Source: Candidatus Krumholzibacteriota bacterium
GTDB lineage: Bacteria; Krumholzibacteriota; Krumholzibacteriia; JAJRXK01
Reading direction: 5' to 3'
NCBI GenBank assembly: GCA_963727455.1
Contig: CAVSGG010000015.1
Span: 32,001 to 96,000 of the forward strand
DNA: 64,000 nucleotides
This document shows, in pieces, positions 18,497-29,175 of the stretch (positions within the stretch are counted from its first letter, which is position 1; every line of letters starts with the position of its first letter). Position numbers and translations under genes: made by a program. Under the pieces are notes generated by a model. That model was not told the origin of the DNA, ran no database searches, and saw nothing but the letters and a program-made list of their open reading frames with translations.

Positions 18497-19768
18497 TCAG
18501 ACCTCCGACCAGCGAGCCGAAACGCTGAGCAAGAGACCCATCATTAGGCAGGAAGCCAGCATGGAAGATCCCCCGTAGGTGATGAAGGGAAGCGGCAGAC
18601 CTGTGACCGGCAACAGACCCAGGGTAATGGAGATGTTCACGAAGGACTGGAAGAAGAAATAGCTGCCCACGCCGACCGCAAGCAAGCTCGCGAAGGGCCG
18701 CTTCGCCTTGACCGCGATCCGCATCGCGCGAATGAAGATGATCAGGAACAGGCCGATGACCAGCAGCGCTCCCACGAGTCCAAGTTCTTCTCCCAGTACG
18801 CTAAAGATGAAATCGGTGTGGCGCTCCGGCAAAAAGGCCAGACCCTTTTGCGTTCCGTGAAGGTAACCTTTCCCCAAGATACCGCCGGATCCGATCGCCA
18901 CCTTACTCTGGTAGACCTGATAGCCGACCCCGAGATGGTCCGTTTCTCCCGGCCTGAAGAAGGTGAGTATTCGCTGTTGCTGGTAGCTCTGCAACTTGTC
19001 CCAGATGAGGGGAATTCCCAGACCCGTCGTTAGATTCGCCACCACCAAGAGGACGCTGTGCAACATGTAGAGGCGCGAGTAAAAGAGCGCGAAGAGCAGT
19101 ACGACCACGTAGATGGCCCACGGCCAGTCCGTGTGGAGCACCTGCTGCCCGTAGAACATGGCGAGCCCGCTCAAGAGCGGGGAGAACAGCGCGAGTAGAA
19201 AGGACGCGCGTACTCCCGACCAGAACATCATGGGAACGCCGAGAATGAGAAATACGAGCGCGGTTCCCAGGTCGGGTTCCTTGAGCACGAGCAGGAAGGG
19301 GGGCAGCGAGAGCAAGAAAACGCCCACCACCGTGAAGAAGGGGCCCTTTCCTTCCCGCACCGCGAGAAAACGCGCCAGGGTAAAGAGGAATGCCACCTTC
19401 GCCAACTCCGAGGGCTGCAGGGAAAACGGCCCCAAGCTCAACCAACGATGCGTCCCGGCTCGCTCGGGGCTGACGAAGAAGACCGCCAGCAGCGCGAGGA
19501 TGGATGCGCCGTAGAACACGAAAGCGAAGGTTTCGAAGAAGCGAAGCGGTACCAACAGACAGAGCAGGGCCGCGGCAACTCCCAGCACTAGCCATATCAT
19601 TTGATTGTAGACGATCGTGACGCCGATCAGTCGGTGTACCCCTTCAGAGCCTCCCGGCAGCGGCTGGGTGCAGGAATAGACAGTAGCCAGGCCGATCAAC
19701 ATCAGCGCGAACCACGCACTGAGGGCGGCGGTATCCATGCGCGGGACGAGTTGGAATCCCCGTCTCAT
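18497..19768 (-). CDS. rodA: rod shape-determining protein RodA (SEDS)
   Basis: QPSELAK, PDLGT, PERHTDFIF, PFITYGGSS. Confidence 0.95.
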   Translation of the reverse strand: MRRGFQLVPRMDTAALSAWFALMLIGLATVYSCTQPLPGGSEGVHRLIGVTIVYNQMIWLVLGVAAALLCLLVPLRFFETFAFVFYGASILALLAVFFVSPERAGTHRWLSLGPFSLQPSELAKVAFLFTLARFLAVREGKGPFFTVVGVFLLSLPPFLLVLKEPDLGTALVFLILGVPMMFWSGVRASFLLALFSPLLSGLAMFYGQQVLHTDWPWAIYVVVLLFALFYSRLYMLHSVLLVVANLTTGLGIPLIWDKLQSYQQQRILTFFRPGETDHLGVGYQVYQSKVAIGSGGILGKGYLHGTQKGLAFLPERHTDFIFSVLGEELGLVGALLVIGLFLIIFIRAMRIAVKAKRPFASLLAVGVGSYFFFQSFVNISITLGLLPVTGLPLPFITYGGSSMLASCLMMGLLLSVSARWSEV

Positions 19769-21567
19769 GGTTGGACCTTCTCCGTGGGATCGGACGGCGT
19801 CTCTTGATCCTGCCAGTTGAAGTAGGTATCGAGAAGCTCGCCCACGATCGGAGCCGCCACCGAGCCTCCATGGCCGGCATTCTCGATAATGACCGCGACC
19901 GCAATCTCGGGGTCCTCTGCCGGCGCGTAGGCGATGAACCAGGCGTGATCTTCTCCGGAGGCATTCTCGGCCGTACCAGTCTTTCCCGCCACGTCAACCC
20001 CCTTGATGCGGGCCAAGCCGCCCGTTCCCTCCTCGGTGGCAACCACGTCGACCAGGGCACTCTGCAGGAAATGCCGGGTCTTGTCCGAGCAGATCTTCTC
20101 GTTCTCTCTTCGGACCAGTCTCTTGTCGATGACGCCATACGCGTTCTCGCGGGCCAAGATCAAGTGGGGACGGTACAGATAGCCGTCACCACCGATGGCT
20201 GCGTAGGTGCGCGCCATCTGTAGAGGCGTGACGAGCAACTCTCCCTGTCCGATACCGTTGTTCAGGAGCACCGCCCGCGTCCAGTGATGGGCCCCGAATC
20301 GCTTGTCATAGTACTTCTTGTCGGGTACGAGTCCCGCCGCCTCGCCTTTCAATTCGATCCCGGTTGGCCGACCCAATCCGAAGCGGCGCGCCGTCTCGTC
20401 CAGCTCCTCCAGAGTCAGCTTCTCCGCCAATTGATAGAAATACACGTCGCAGCTCTGCGCGATCGCCTCTTTCAGGTTCAGGCTGCCGTGCCCTCCGGGC
20501 TTCCAGCAGCGAAACACGCGGTTCCCCAGTCGGTATCCTCCCGTGCAGGGTTCGAAGCGAGTGGTTGGGGTGACCTTCCCGTACTTGAGCCCCGCGGCCG
20601 CGGTAATCAGCTTGTAGGGACTGCCCGGCGGATAGGTCCCCTGTAGAGCGCGATTGAACAGCGGCTTGCCCGGGTCGTCGCGCAGCTCGCCGTAGCGTTC
20701 CTTGCTGATCCCTCCGGTGAACTCGTTGGGATCGAAGCTGGGTGACGACGCCATCGCCAGGATGTCGCCGGTGGCCACCTCGATCACCACCCCGGCTCCT
20801 CGTTTTCCTTCGAGCAGCTCCTCGAGCCTCGCCTGGAGAGGCTGGCTCAGGGTGAGGTAGAGCTTCACTCCCGGTATGGCCTGTGAGAAACCTTCTGGCA
20901 CCTCACCCACCAAATGACCGGCGACATTCACTTCGACGACCCGACGCCCATGGACTCCGCGCAACTGCTCCTCCGCCAAGCTCTCCACTCCACTACGCCC
21001 GATGATGTCCCCTGGCTCATAGAATCCTCGGTGGTCGCGTTTCATGTCGGCACCGTTCACTTCGCCGACGTAACCCAAAAGATGGGCGGCTAGCGAACCA
21101 AAATGGTAGCGGCGGCGGGGCTCCACCTTGAGTTGAACATCGGGGAGAATCGCGCGATGCTCCTCCACCACTGCGATCTGTTTGGGATCGGCGTGACGCA
21201 GAATGGTAACCCGGCTGGACTCGCCGGAGTCTTCCACCCGAGACAGAATGAAGTCGCGGTCCAGGCCAAGGAGGCGGATCAAGGCCTCGAGGGACTTGTC
21301 TCCCTCGTGCGCGCGGCCTCGCGAGATGGTCAACCGTGCCTGGTGGACGTTGTCCGCCAGCGCGATTCCGTTGCGGTCCGCGATGATTCCGCGAGGGGCA
21401 TCGATCCGCATCGTAGTCTGGCGATTCTCGCGGGCCAATCCCACGTAGTATTCGTTGCGAACGACTTGAGTGGCGATCAGAGACAGAACGACGATTCCGT
21501 AGGCCAAAAGGACCCCGCGAACGAGAGCATGGGCTCGCGATTCACGCGCACTGAGTTCAATGGCCAC
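19765..21567 (-). CDS. mrdA: penicillin-binding protein 2
   Basis: RGIIADRNG, SPYK (SxxK), SCD, KTGTA. Confidence 0.95.
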   Translation of the reverse strand: MAIELSARESRAHALVRGVLLAYGIVVLSLIATQVVRNEYYVGLARENRQTTMRIDAPRGIIADRNGIALADNVHQARLTISRGRAHEGDKSLEALIRLLGLDRDFILSRVEDSGESSRVTILRHADPKQIAVVEEHRAILPDVQLKVEPRRRYHFGSLAAHLLGYVGEVNGADMKRDHRGFYEPGDIIGRSGVESLAEEQLRGVHGRRVVEVNVAGHLVGEVPEGFSQAIPGVKLYLTLSQPLQARLEELLEGKRGAGVVIEVATGDILAMASSPSFDPNEFTGGISKERYGELRDDPGKPLFNRALQGTYPPGSPYKLITAAAGLKYGKVTPTTRFEPCTGGYRLGNRVFRCWKPGGHGSLNLKEAIAQSCDVYFYQLAEKLTLEELDETARRFGLGRPTGIELKGEAAGLVPDKKYYDKRFGAHHWTRAVLLNNGIGQGELLVTPLQMARTYAAIGGDGYLYRPHLILARENAYGVIDKRLVRRENEKICSDKTRHFLQSALVDVVATEEGTGGLARIKGVDVAGKTGTAENASGEDHAWFIAYAPAEDPEIAVAVIIENAGHGGSVAAPIVGELLDTYFNWQDQETPSDPTEKVQP

Positions 21568-22066
21568 CTCCCGCCTCCCTTCTTTGGCCGAATGCGCTGC
21601 CCCCCAACAGCGTGCTCAGAAAGAGAAGGAGGACGCCCACGACCGCGGTGTAAAGGGCGGTGGGCAGGGACTGTGTGAGGAAGATCCGCAAGAAGCGGCC
21701 CGGCTCGAGCCGAGTGTAGGCCAAGAGATAGATGAAGTCGTGAGTGAGCACCGCAACGGCGAAGAGCGGGGCGTAGAGGGGCAGGGCGGGCAACACCAGG
21801 CTAGAACTCAGTCGACCGGAGATGTGCCCGACGATGGTCTTCGCCAACATGCTCATGCCCAGGGTAGCGGGGGTCAGAAGATCCTGGACCAGTCCCAGGA
21901 AGAAACCCACCAGGGTGCCGGTCAAGGGTCCCCCGCGCAATCCCAGCATCACGACGATGAGCACGGTGAGATCCGGTCGTACTCCAAAGAGCGCCATCCG
22001 GTCGATGACGGTGAGCTGGAGAACCAGCGCGAGCATTGCGGTGAGTGTGAGTCGCAGAGAACTCAA
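21557..22066 (-). CDS. mreD: rod shape-determining protein MreD
   Basis: Hydrophobic; PDL and GLVQD motifs; operon position. Confidence 0.88.
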   Translation of the reverse strand: MSSLRLTLTAMLALVLQLTVIDRMALFGVRPDLTVLIVVMLGLRGGPLTGTLVGFFLGLVQDLLTPATLGMSMLAKTIVGHISGRLSSSLVLPALPLYAPLFAVAVLTHDFIYLLAYTRLEPGRFLRIFLTQSLPTALYTAVVGVLLLFLSTLLGGSAFGQRREAGGGH

Positions 22067-22920
22067 TGCCTCGCTCCCCGGCTCGCGTCGATCTCTGGTG
22101 GCAGCACACTATCGTCGTGCCGCGAGTACCAGGGACCGGGTCGAGTGATCACATAGACTTGAGAGAGGGCACTGAAGTGGACCGCCGCCTCGATCTCCAC
22201 GTGCTGGAAGAGTTCGACTTTGGAAAGCTCCACCTGCGAGACGCGCCCCACCGGAATTCCGCGCGGCACCGTCCCCCCCAAACCGCTCGTGACGATCTCA
22301 TCGCCCACCGCTATGGGATCCCCCTGAGGTACGTGATCCATGAGGAAGATGCGACCGTTGTAACGCAAAAGGCCGGTCACTCCACTGGATACCGACTCGA
22401 CGCTGATTCTGGCGTCGGCTTCGGTCAATAGCTCCACCAGGGCGGTCTTCGCGTCGAGGAGTTCCCGAACTCTTCCCACGAGTCCGCTCTCGGTGACGAC
22501 CGGCTGCCAGATGCGCAGACTGTCCTCGTTCTGAATCCGAATTTTGGCCTGGACCGGAATGCGGTTCACCGTCAGTTCCAGCACGAGAGCGGGGGCCAAC
22601 TTGCCGCGGTTATGTTCGAAGAATCCGGCTCTACGTTCGAGTTCCTCGAAGCGGCGCCGCTGCAGCCCAATCTGTACCGCATCCAACTCCATCGCCGCAA
22701 TCTTCCCGCGCAGCTCCTCGTTTTCCTTGCGTAAGGTGCCGAGGTCGTCGACGACGCGAGCAATCCACTCCACTGGCGTAAACACGCGGTGAGCTAAGCG
22801 GGTGCCCACGTCCAGACGGGTGGGGTTGTCCAGGGAAATTGCCCATAGCGAAAGCGCCACGCAGATGACCAGCACGATCTGATCGCGAAAGCGCGAGAGG
22901 CCCTCGGGGAGTCTGGCCAT
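22063..22920 (-). CDS. mreC: rod shape-determining protein MreC
   Basis: TM helix, coiled coil (ENEELR), GLVGRV, VTSGLGG..P.GIPVG. Confidence 0.92.
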   Translation of the reverse strand: MARLPEGLSRFRDQIVLVICVALSLWAISLDNPTRLDVGTRLAHRVFTPVEWIARVVDDLGTLRKENEELRGKIAAMELDAVQIGLQRRRFEELERRAGFFEHNRGKLAPALVLELTVNRIPVQAKIRIQNEDSLRIWQPVVTESGLVGRVRELLDAKTALVELLTEADARISVESVSSGVTGLLRYNGRIFLMDHVPQGDPIAVGDEIVTSGLGGTVPRGIPVGRVSQVELSKVELFQHVEIEAAVHFSALSQVYVITRPGPWYSRHDDSVLPPEIDASRGARH

Positions 22921-22921
22921 C

Positions 22922-23992
22922 TCAATCCTTGGCGGAGTGAATGATCACGTCCTCATAAGAACTCACGTTGTCGAGGATCTTTCCCGTACCCAGGACGACA
23001 CAATAGAGAGGATCATCCACCATGTTGAGAGGAAGGTTCGTGGCTTCCTTGAGAAGCATATCGAGACCTTTGAGTAGACTTCCTCCGCCAGTCATAACGA
23101 TACCGCGGTCCACGATATCCGCCGCCAGTTCGGGGGGAGTGTGTTCGAGCGCCTCCTTCACCGCTTCCACGATTTGGTCGATCGGTTCCTGCAGCGCCTG
23201 TCGGATCTCGTCGCTCGAAATCCTCAGAGTCTTGGGGATGCCCGCCACCAGATCGCGCCCTTTCACTTCCCACTCGATCTCCTCGTCGAATTTATACGCG
23301 CTGCCAATCTCCTTCTTGATGGCCTCCGCAGTGGGAAGTCCGATGAGGAGATTGTAGTTCTTCTTCACGTAGCCCACGATCGCCTCGTCCAGTTCGTCTC
23401 CACCGACGCGAATGGACTTATCGCACACGATACCGTTGAGGGCGATCACCGCGATTTCCGTAGTACCCCCTCCGATGTCGATGATCATGTTGCCGCTGGG
23501 CTGATCGACCGGCAGACCCACTCCAATCGCGGCAGCGATGGGTTCGGCCACCAAGAAGACTTCCCGCGCACCGGCGTGTTTGGCCGAGTCCCGTACCGCG
23601 CGCTTCTCGACCTCGGTGATGCCGCTGGGAACGCAGATGATGATTCGGGGCGCAATGAAGTGGCGCTTGTTCTGCGCCATGTTGATGAACTCGCGCAGCA
23701 TGTATTCCGTGACTTCGAAGTCGGCGATCACGCCATCCTTGAGGGGGCGAATGGCCTCGATCTTGTCAGGGGTCTTTCCCAACATGGCCTTGGCCTGCGA
23801 ACCGACGGCCAGAACTTTGCGGCTCGACTTGTCCACGGTGACCACGCTGGGTTCGTTGAGCACGATACCCTTACCCTTGATGTAGACCAGGGTATTTGCC
23901 GTTCCGAGATCGATCGCGATATCGTTAGTGAAGAGATTGTTGAAGCGATTCCAGAGACTCAATTTACGCATACCCGTGCTCGTGCTCGTCAT
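22922..23992 (-). CDS. mreB: rod shape-determining protein MreB
   Basis: [26 protein letters not shown]. The start may be 23971. Confidence 0.98.
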   Translation of the reverse strand: MTSTSTGMRKLSLWNRFNNLFTNDIAIDLGTANTLVYIKGKGIVLNEPSVVTVDKSSRKVLAVGSQAKAMLGKTPDKIEAIRPLKDGVIADFEVTEYMLREFINMAQNKRHFIAPRIIICVPSGITEVEKRAVRDSAKHAGAREVFLVAEPIAAAIGVGLPVDQPSGNMIIDIGGGTTEIAVIALNGIVCDKSIRVGGDELDEAIVGYVKKNYNLLIGLPTAEAIKKEIGSAYKFDEEIEWEVKGRDLVAGIPKTLRISSDEIRQALQEPIDQIVEAVKEALEHTPPELAADIVDRGIVMTGGGSLLKGLDMLLKEATNLPLNMVDDPLYCVVLGTGKILDNVSSYEDVIIHSAKD

Positions 23993-24011
23993 CGTTCCTC
24001 CGGCGCCCGCG

Positions 24012-24686
24012 TCAGAGCGCTCCTCGCTCTCGCAGGCTAACGTAGCTTCCCTCGCCCAGGACCAGGTGGTCCAAGAGAGTCACCCCCAGAGTCTCGCCGC
24101 AGCCGGCGATGCGGCGCGTGAGACGCAAATCGTCTTGGCTCGGCTCGGGCGAACCCGAGGGATGATTGTGCCCGAGCACGATCGCCGCCGAGGCCACCGC
24201 GATGGCTCCTCGGAATATTTCCCGCGCTTCTACGTTCGCGGAGTTCAGAGTACCCAGAGCAACCAACTGCACGCGCAGGACTTGATGCCGGGCTCCCAAA
24301 TGAAGTACCGCGACTCCCTCCTGCTCGAGTCCTCCCAGAACCGTGCGTAGAAGCCGCGCCGCGCTCTCGGGTCCCTCGATCAGCTCCAGAGATTCCGCCT
24401 CTCCCTGCTCCGCGCGACGTCCCAGTTCGAACGCTGCGCTCAGAGTCGTGCTACGAGCGAGTCCGACCCCCTCCAGCCGGCTGAGCTCAGAGGCCTCGGC
24501 ACGGGAAAGATGCCGCAGGTCGCCGAATCGAGCCAGCACTGATCGCGCCAGCTCGAGAGCCTGGCACGAAGAGCCTCCTCTGGCCAGGACGAGGGCCAGA
24601 AGTTCCACAGCTGAGAGAGCGGAGGGGCCCCATCGCCGACAGCGCTCTCTCGCATCTACCACCTCATCGATGGAACTCGATCTCAC
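24012..24686 (-). CDS. radC: RadC/JAB domain protein
   Basis: ELLALVL, HhH, HNHPSG..PS..D, LLDHLV. Confidence 0.92.
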   Translation of the reverse strand: MRSSSIDEVVDARERCRRWGPSALSAVELLALVLARGGSSCQALELARSVLARFGDLRHLSRAEASELSRLEGVGLARSTTLSAAFELGRRAEQGEAESLELIEGPESAARLLRTVLGGLEQEGVAVLHLGARHQVLRVQLVALGTLNSANVEAREIFRGAIAVASAAIVLGHNHPSGSPEPSQDDLRLTRRIAGCGETLGVTLLDHLVLGEGSYVSLRERGAL

Positions 24687-24783
24687 TGCAAAATGGGGGG
24701 GCGTCCACCAGTGGGGGCTTCGCGACGGCGCTCAGGCTCGTAAGTCGTTGCATGAAAACACTCTAACCGCCAACTGCGAATGC

Positions 24784-24813
24784 AAGATAGCAGAGCTTCG
24801 CCGGCGGGGGCAA
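24784..24813 (-). promoter_or_regulatory. promoter for the radC-mre operon
   Basis: TTGCCC-N18-TATCTT with an extended -10 TG. Confidence 0.45.
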
Positions 24814-24940
24814 CACTTATTTGGACAAGAGCGGTAGCTGGGGTAAGTTCTCCGCAGCCGAGGATGAAGCCTCCCCAAAGACGGCGTGATCCTTGCGATT
24901 CCCTGCCGAGGCGCAATCGAAATCTTTCCTGAAGGTGCAC

Positions 24941-26140
24941 GTGATCACTCGAATTTTGAAATTTGGTGGCTCATCTCTTGCCGGTGTTGAACTCATTGCT
25001 GCCGCCGCCGAGCGCGTCCACCGCCTACTGGAGGGAGGGCTGCGGCCGGTCGTGGTGGTCTCCGCCGTGTCCGACACCACCAATCGTCTCCTCTCCACCG
25101 CGCGCAGTATTCACCCTGAGGCACCCGGGAGCGAACTGGATCGCCTTTTGGCCACCGGTGAGATGCAGTCCGCTGCCTTCCTCGCCATCGCCTTGGCCAA
25201 GCGGGGACTCCCCTCGCGCTCCTTCACCGGGCCGGAGGCGGGTGTCATCACCGACGACGATTTTGGTCGCGCGCGCGTTCTGCGCGTGGACGCGGCGGCG
25301 GTCACTGCATCGCTCGAAGCCGGCGAGATTCCAGTAGTCGCCGGCTTCCAGGGAAAGACCGAGGACGGACGCATTACCACCTTGGGGCGCGGCGGCACTG
25401 ACATCACGGCCGCGGTCCTCGGAGTACATTTCAAGGCCGATCGGATCGTCTACTATCGAGACGCGGACGGAATCTACGGCGTCGATCCCAAGATGCTGCC
25501 GGTGCGCGGCCGCAGAATCGACCGCTTGGACTACGAGCACATGATCGACCTGGCCGAGGCAGGTGTTCCGATACTCCATCCCCAGGCCCTGGAGATCGCT
25601 AAGGCACACGGGCTCGAACTCGAACTCCGCAGCTTCCGGGAAGGTGGCGGATGCACTCTGGTCACCGAGGGGCCCATTCCCTCGCCGCATCCGGTGTGGA
25701 GCCTCTGCCTCTCCCCTCCCATTTGTCTGCTCACCCTGGAAGGACTCCCCCAAGATACCGGGACACTTTCGCGACTCACCGCGCTCTTGGACCGTACTGA
25801 TCTGCCTCTGGATGCGGCGCTCTACCGGGGGCCCGATGAGTTGTGCATGAGCATTCAGGTTCCCGAGATGGACGGTGAGACCTTGTCGGCCCAGTTAGGC
25901 GACTTCTTACGCGAGGAGAGTTCGGTCACCATCGGTCTCGAGCGCGACCGACGTCGCGTGACGATGGTGGGACAGGGAGTCTCGTCGAGAAAGGCCACGA
26001 CTGCGGTCGAACAGACCGGGGCACAGTTGGGGCCGCCTCTCTTTACCTTCCACGGGCCGCACCATCGAGCTTTCGTGGTGCCCGAGGCGGAAGGTTCGGC
26101 CTGGCTCGCGAGTCTTCACCAACTGCTCTTGAAGCACTGA
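24941..26140 (+). CDS. lysC: aspartate kinase (divergent)
   Basis: KFGGSS, VVSA, GEMQSA, VAGFQG, TTLGRGGTD, ILHP. Confidence 0.8.
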   Translation: MITRILKFGGSSLAGVELIAAAAERVHRLLEGGLRPVVVVSAVSDTTNRLLSTARSIHPEAPGSELDRLLATGEMQSAAFLAIALAKRGLPSRSFTGPEAGVITDDDFGRARVLRVDAAAVTASLEAGEIPVVAGFQGKTEDGRITTLGRGGTDITAAVLGVHFKADRIVYYRDADGIYGVDPKMLPVRGRRIDRLDYEHMIDLAEAGVPILHPQALEIAKAHGLELELRSFREGGGCTLVTEGPIPSPHPVWSLCLSPPICLLTLEGLPQDTGTLSRLTALLDRTDLPLDAALYRGPDELCMSIQVPEMDGETLSAQLGDFLREESSVTIGLERDRRRVTMVGQGVSSRKATTAVEQTGAQLGPPLFTFHGPHHRAFVVPEAEGSAWLASLHQLLLKH

Positions 26141-26150
26141 GGAACCGCCC

Positions 26151-27125
26151 TCAGGCGATCCATGACCACAAGCTCTCGCGGGAGAGGCGGTCCGCGACAT
26201 CCACGCGTCGCACCGCCACGATGGATTGCATGAGCTCCTCAACCAGCCCGAACTCTTGCTCCTGGACTCTACCCCGCGCGTGCAGGATGGCGCCCTCGCC
26301 GGCATAGAACGCGACATGGTCTACCGGCTCGTGAAAGAAAATGAGATCTCCCGGCTCCCACGAATCCTGTCGCACCGAGACGGGCTTGCCACAGCGCGAC
26401 TGCTGCACCGCATCACGAGGCAGGTAGTATCCGCAGGAGTGCGCGACGAGCTGGAGATAACCACTGCAGTCCACGCCCAGTGCGCTTCGTCCCCCCCAGC
26501 GATAGGGCGCTCCTAAGTACCGGCGCGCCTCGGGCACCAGGCGCGATCTCTCGGGGCTAAGCGGTACTCTGCGAACCAGCTCGCGCGCGAGTGTCCCGCG
26601 GGTGCCGTCGGGCAGTTCCGCGGAGAACTCGGAGGAATCGGAGACGTGCTCCTCCACACGAAGCAGCGGGGTACCGCCGATGAGGGCGAGAGGATGTCCC
26701 TGCTCCGTTTTGAGCGTCGCGAATGGAGTTTCGATCAGTCCCGTTCGTTGCGACAGCAGTTCGTCCTTCTCTCCGGGAGCCAGGGTGCGGCAGGACCAGG
26801 ATCGAAGCCAGCTGACGTAGCCGTCCTCCGAAGCCACCAGGAGCCAGTCGCCGTGCGTCAGGATGTGTTGGAGAATTTCTCCCATCCGCACTTCGCTCAA
26901 GAGCTGTGCGTGGTGCGAAGGGGCCTCCCGCAGGGCTTCGAGCGGCGTTTGTACGAGGAATTCGTCCCCAGCAACGATGGCTGAGACCCCGGCCAACTCG
27001 GCTGCGGATTCGGGCCAAGCGCAGGGCTTGCCCCGCGCGTCGAATCCGAGGTAGGCATTGCGCCAATCGACTGCGAGGGCGGCCATTTTTTCGCGGAGCG
27101 AGTGAGCAAGTCTGGGATCGATCAC
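26151..27125 (-). CDS. SH3 + NlpC/P60 peptidase (YkfC-like)
   Basis: PYRWGG..GVDCSG, LPRDA.QQ, GDLIFF, DHV, ILHA; SH3b-like segment (GEILQ..W..V..DGYVSW). Confidence 0.85.
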   Translation of the reverse strand: MIDPRLAHSLREKMAALAVDWRNAYLGFDARGKPCAWPESAAELAGVSAIVAGDEFLVQTPLEALREAPSHHAQLLSEVRMGEILQHILTHGDWLLVASEDGYVSWLRSWSCRTLAPGEKDELLSQRTGLIETPFATLKTEQGHPLALIGGTPLLRVEEHVSDSSEFSAELPDGTRGTLARELVRRVPLSPERSRLVPEARRYLGAPYRWGGRSALGVDCSGYLQLVAHSCGYYLPRDAVQQSRCGKPVSVRQDSWEPGDLIFFHEPVDHVAFYAGEGAILHARGRVQEQEFGLVEELMQSIVAVRRVDVADRLSRESLWSWIA

Positions 27126-27138
27126 CGCTTTTGCCCCT

Positions 27139-28467
27139 TCAATCCTGTTCCCGCCAGACCAATGTCCAGTGACCCAATCCATCGTCGTCACGGAAGTAGT
27201 AGGTCTCGCCCCGATCGAGGTAGTGCCACAGTTCATATTCCGCGCTGCTGCTCTGCAACATCGTCTGGCTCTCGATGCTATCCGGAGGTCCCAATCTCAC
27301 GTAGACGCGCCCCCGATCGCTGGTGGCACCATCGGAACTTCCATCGCGGAAATTCTCCCGGGCGTGGCTGACGCGCTCGTAATGTTCCTTCAGGCGGGGA
27401 TTTCCTGGAGATTCTGGATCCGGATCGCGGCGCTGCCAAAACGCCTTCCAGGCCTCGCGCCGCTTTGGTGCGGGCGTTTGACGCAGGCTCTCCAGTTCCT
27501 CGTCGCTCGCGATTCCCTCGATGACGCGAAGGTTGGATTCCCACTGTTTGTCCGAACTCGTGTCCAGACCGTAGTTTTGGAATTCGAGCTTCCTCTCGTC
27601 CCCTCCGACCAGGAGCACTTTGAGCTGATTCTCTCCCTCGGCGCAGGCTCGCGGAGGGAGCCGCAGCAGAACCGAACGCTCCTTCACCTGGCTTGCGAAA
27701 CGGACCCTCCGCGACCAGCGGATTCTGCCGTTCCCGCGGTCTCCCCTGATCTGAAACCCGAGGCTCAAGGAATCCCGTTCGCTTGCGGGCCGGAAATCGT
27801 AGATTTGCACCAGCACATAGGGATCTCCCGAGGAGAGATCGAAGAGGGGGTAGTTAGAACGGGTGAAGGTCTTGGCAAGCTGACCCGACTGCAGAGGGAT
27901 CAAATTCGTATCGATGGCCGCTACGCTCGCGGGATCGCGAGGATGGTAGAGGGCGACATCTCCCAGGGCGATCCCCCCCGGCGGAACGTGGGGGCGGCCG
28001 AGGGTGAATTCCCGCTTCCCCCAGCGACGCGATCCCTCCAGGTCCATCCGCACGTTCACCAGGACTGTCTTGGCTGGAGTGGGCGCCAGAGGAAATTCCA
28101 ATTCTCGTTTGAGAACCGTCGAGGCCCGCGTCTGATCGTAGTCCTCTACGAAGACCTCCCCATCCCACTCCTGGGAACGCAGGGCCTTCTTCTCCTCATC
28201 GCGCTGCACCACTCTCAGGTGATACCCCGCGCGAAACCTCCCGTCGTCCTGTTTCAGGAAGATGAGGTTGCGGTAAGGTACCGAGATCGTCACCACTGCT
28301 TCAGGACGTCCGGTATCATCGAAGCCGGCCTTGACCTCGCTGTCATACCAACCGTGCGGTCCACCACCCCAATCGCCATCCTCGAATTTGCGTTGAGCAT
28401 GGGCAGAAGGAGAGCCCAGCAAGAGGATGGTCATCAGCGCCAAGAGAGCTGAGGAAGTGCGTCGCAC
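27139..28467 (-). CDS. exported GWxTD-domain protein
   Basis: Signal peptide ending AHA-Q; FWQRRDPDP..N..YERV..A..F..GATSDRGRVYVRLGPPD..YELWHY. Start approximate. Confidence 0.8.
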   Translation of the reverse strand: MRRTSSALLALMTILLLGSPSAHAQRKFEDGDWGGGPHGWYDSEVKAGFDDTGRPEAVVTISVPYRNLIFLKQDDGRFRAGYHLRVVQRDEEKKALRSQEWDGEVFVEDYDQTRASTVLKRELEFPLAPTPAKTVLVNVRMDLEGSRRWGKREFTLGRPHVPPGGIALGDVALYHPRDPASVAAIDTNLIPLQSGQLAKTFTRSNYPLFDLSSGDPYVLVQIYDFRPASERDSLSLGFQIRGDRGNGRIRWSRRVRFASQVKERSVLLRLPPRACAEGENQLKVLLVGGDERKLEFQNYGLDTSSDKQWESNLRVIEGIASDEELESLRQTPAPKRREAWKAFWQRRDPDPESPGNPRLKEHYERVSHARENFRDGSSDGATSDRGRVYVRLGPPDSIESQTMLQSSSAEYELWHYLDRGETYYFRDDDGLGHWTLVWREQD

Positions 28468-28471
28468 GAAT

Positions 28472-29164
28472 TCAGGGGGTATCCACGGCAAGATCTGATT
28501 CGATCGCTCCATCACGCAGACGAACGATACGTCTGGCGTGCGCAGCGATCTCCTCCTCGTGCGTGACGATGATGATGGTATGTCCCCGCGCGTGTAGGGC
28601 ATCCAAGATCTCCATGATCTCATCACTGGTTCTGGAGTCCAGGTTGCCAGTGGGTTCGTCGGCCAAGAGAATGGAAGGTTTGTTGACGAGAGCTCGAGCG
28701 ATGGCCACTCGTTGATTCTGTCCTCCCGACAATTCGTTGGGGCGATGATGAATTCGTTCCTGAAGACCCACTGCCTGGAGGGCTTCTCGCGCCCGACTCT
28801 CCCGCTCGGCTGCGCTGCGACCGGCATAGATCAACGGAAGCTCGACATTCTGCACCGCGGTCGATCTCGGAAGCAGATTGAAGGTCTGGAATACGAAACC
28901 GATCTCCCGGTTTCGAATGGCCGCCAATTCATCGTCATCCAGCCGATCGACCTGCGACCCTTTGAGACGGTACGATCCGCTGGTAGGGGTGTCAAGACAG
29001 CCCAGAATGTTCATGAGAGTCGATTTCCCCGAGCCGGACGCCCCCATGATCGCGAGATACTCGCCCTCCTGGATAAAGAGCGTAACTCCCCTCAGCGCGT
29101 GAACCCGGTGGACGCCGAGCTGGTAGATCTTGTGCACGTCCTCGACCTGAATCAGCAAATCCAC
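28472..29164 (-). CDS. ABC transporter ATP-binding protein, MacB/LolD family
   Basis: [38 protein letters not shown]. Confidence 0.95.
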   Translation of the reverse strand: MDLLIQVEDVHKIYQLGVHRVHALRGVTLFIQEGEYLAIMGASGSGKSTLMNILGCLDTPTSGSYRLKGSQVDRLDDDELAAIRNREIGFVFQTFNLLPRSTAVQNVELPLIYAGRSAAERESRAREALQAVGLQERIHHRPNELSGGQNQRVAIARALVNKPSILLADEPTGNLDSRTSDEIMEILDALHARGHTIIIVTHEEEIAAHARRIVRLRDGAIESDLAVDTP

Positions 29165-29175
29165 GCTCCTGCCGC

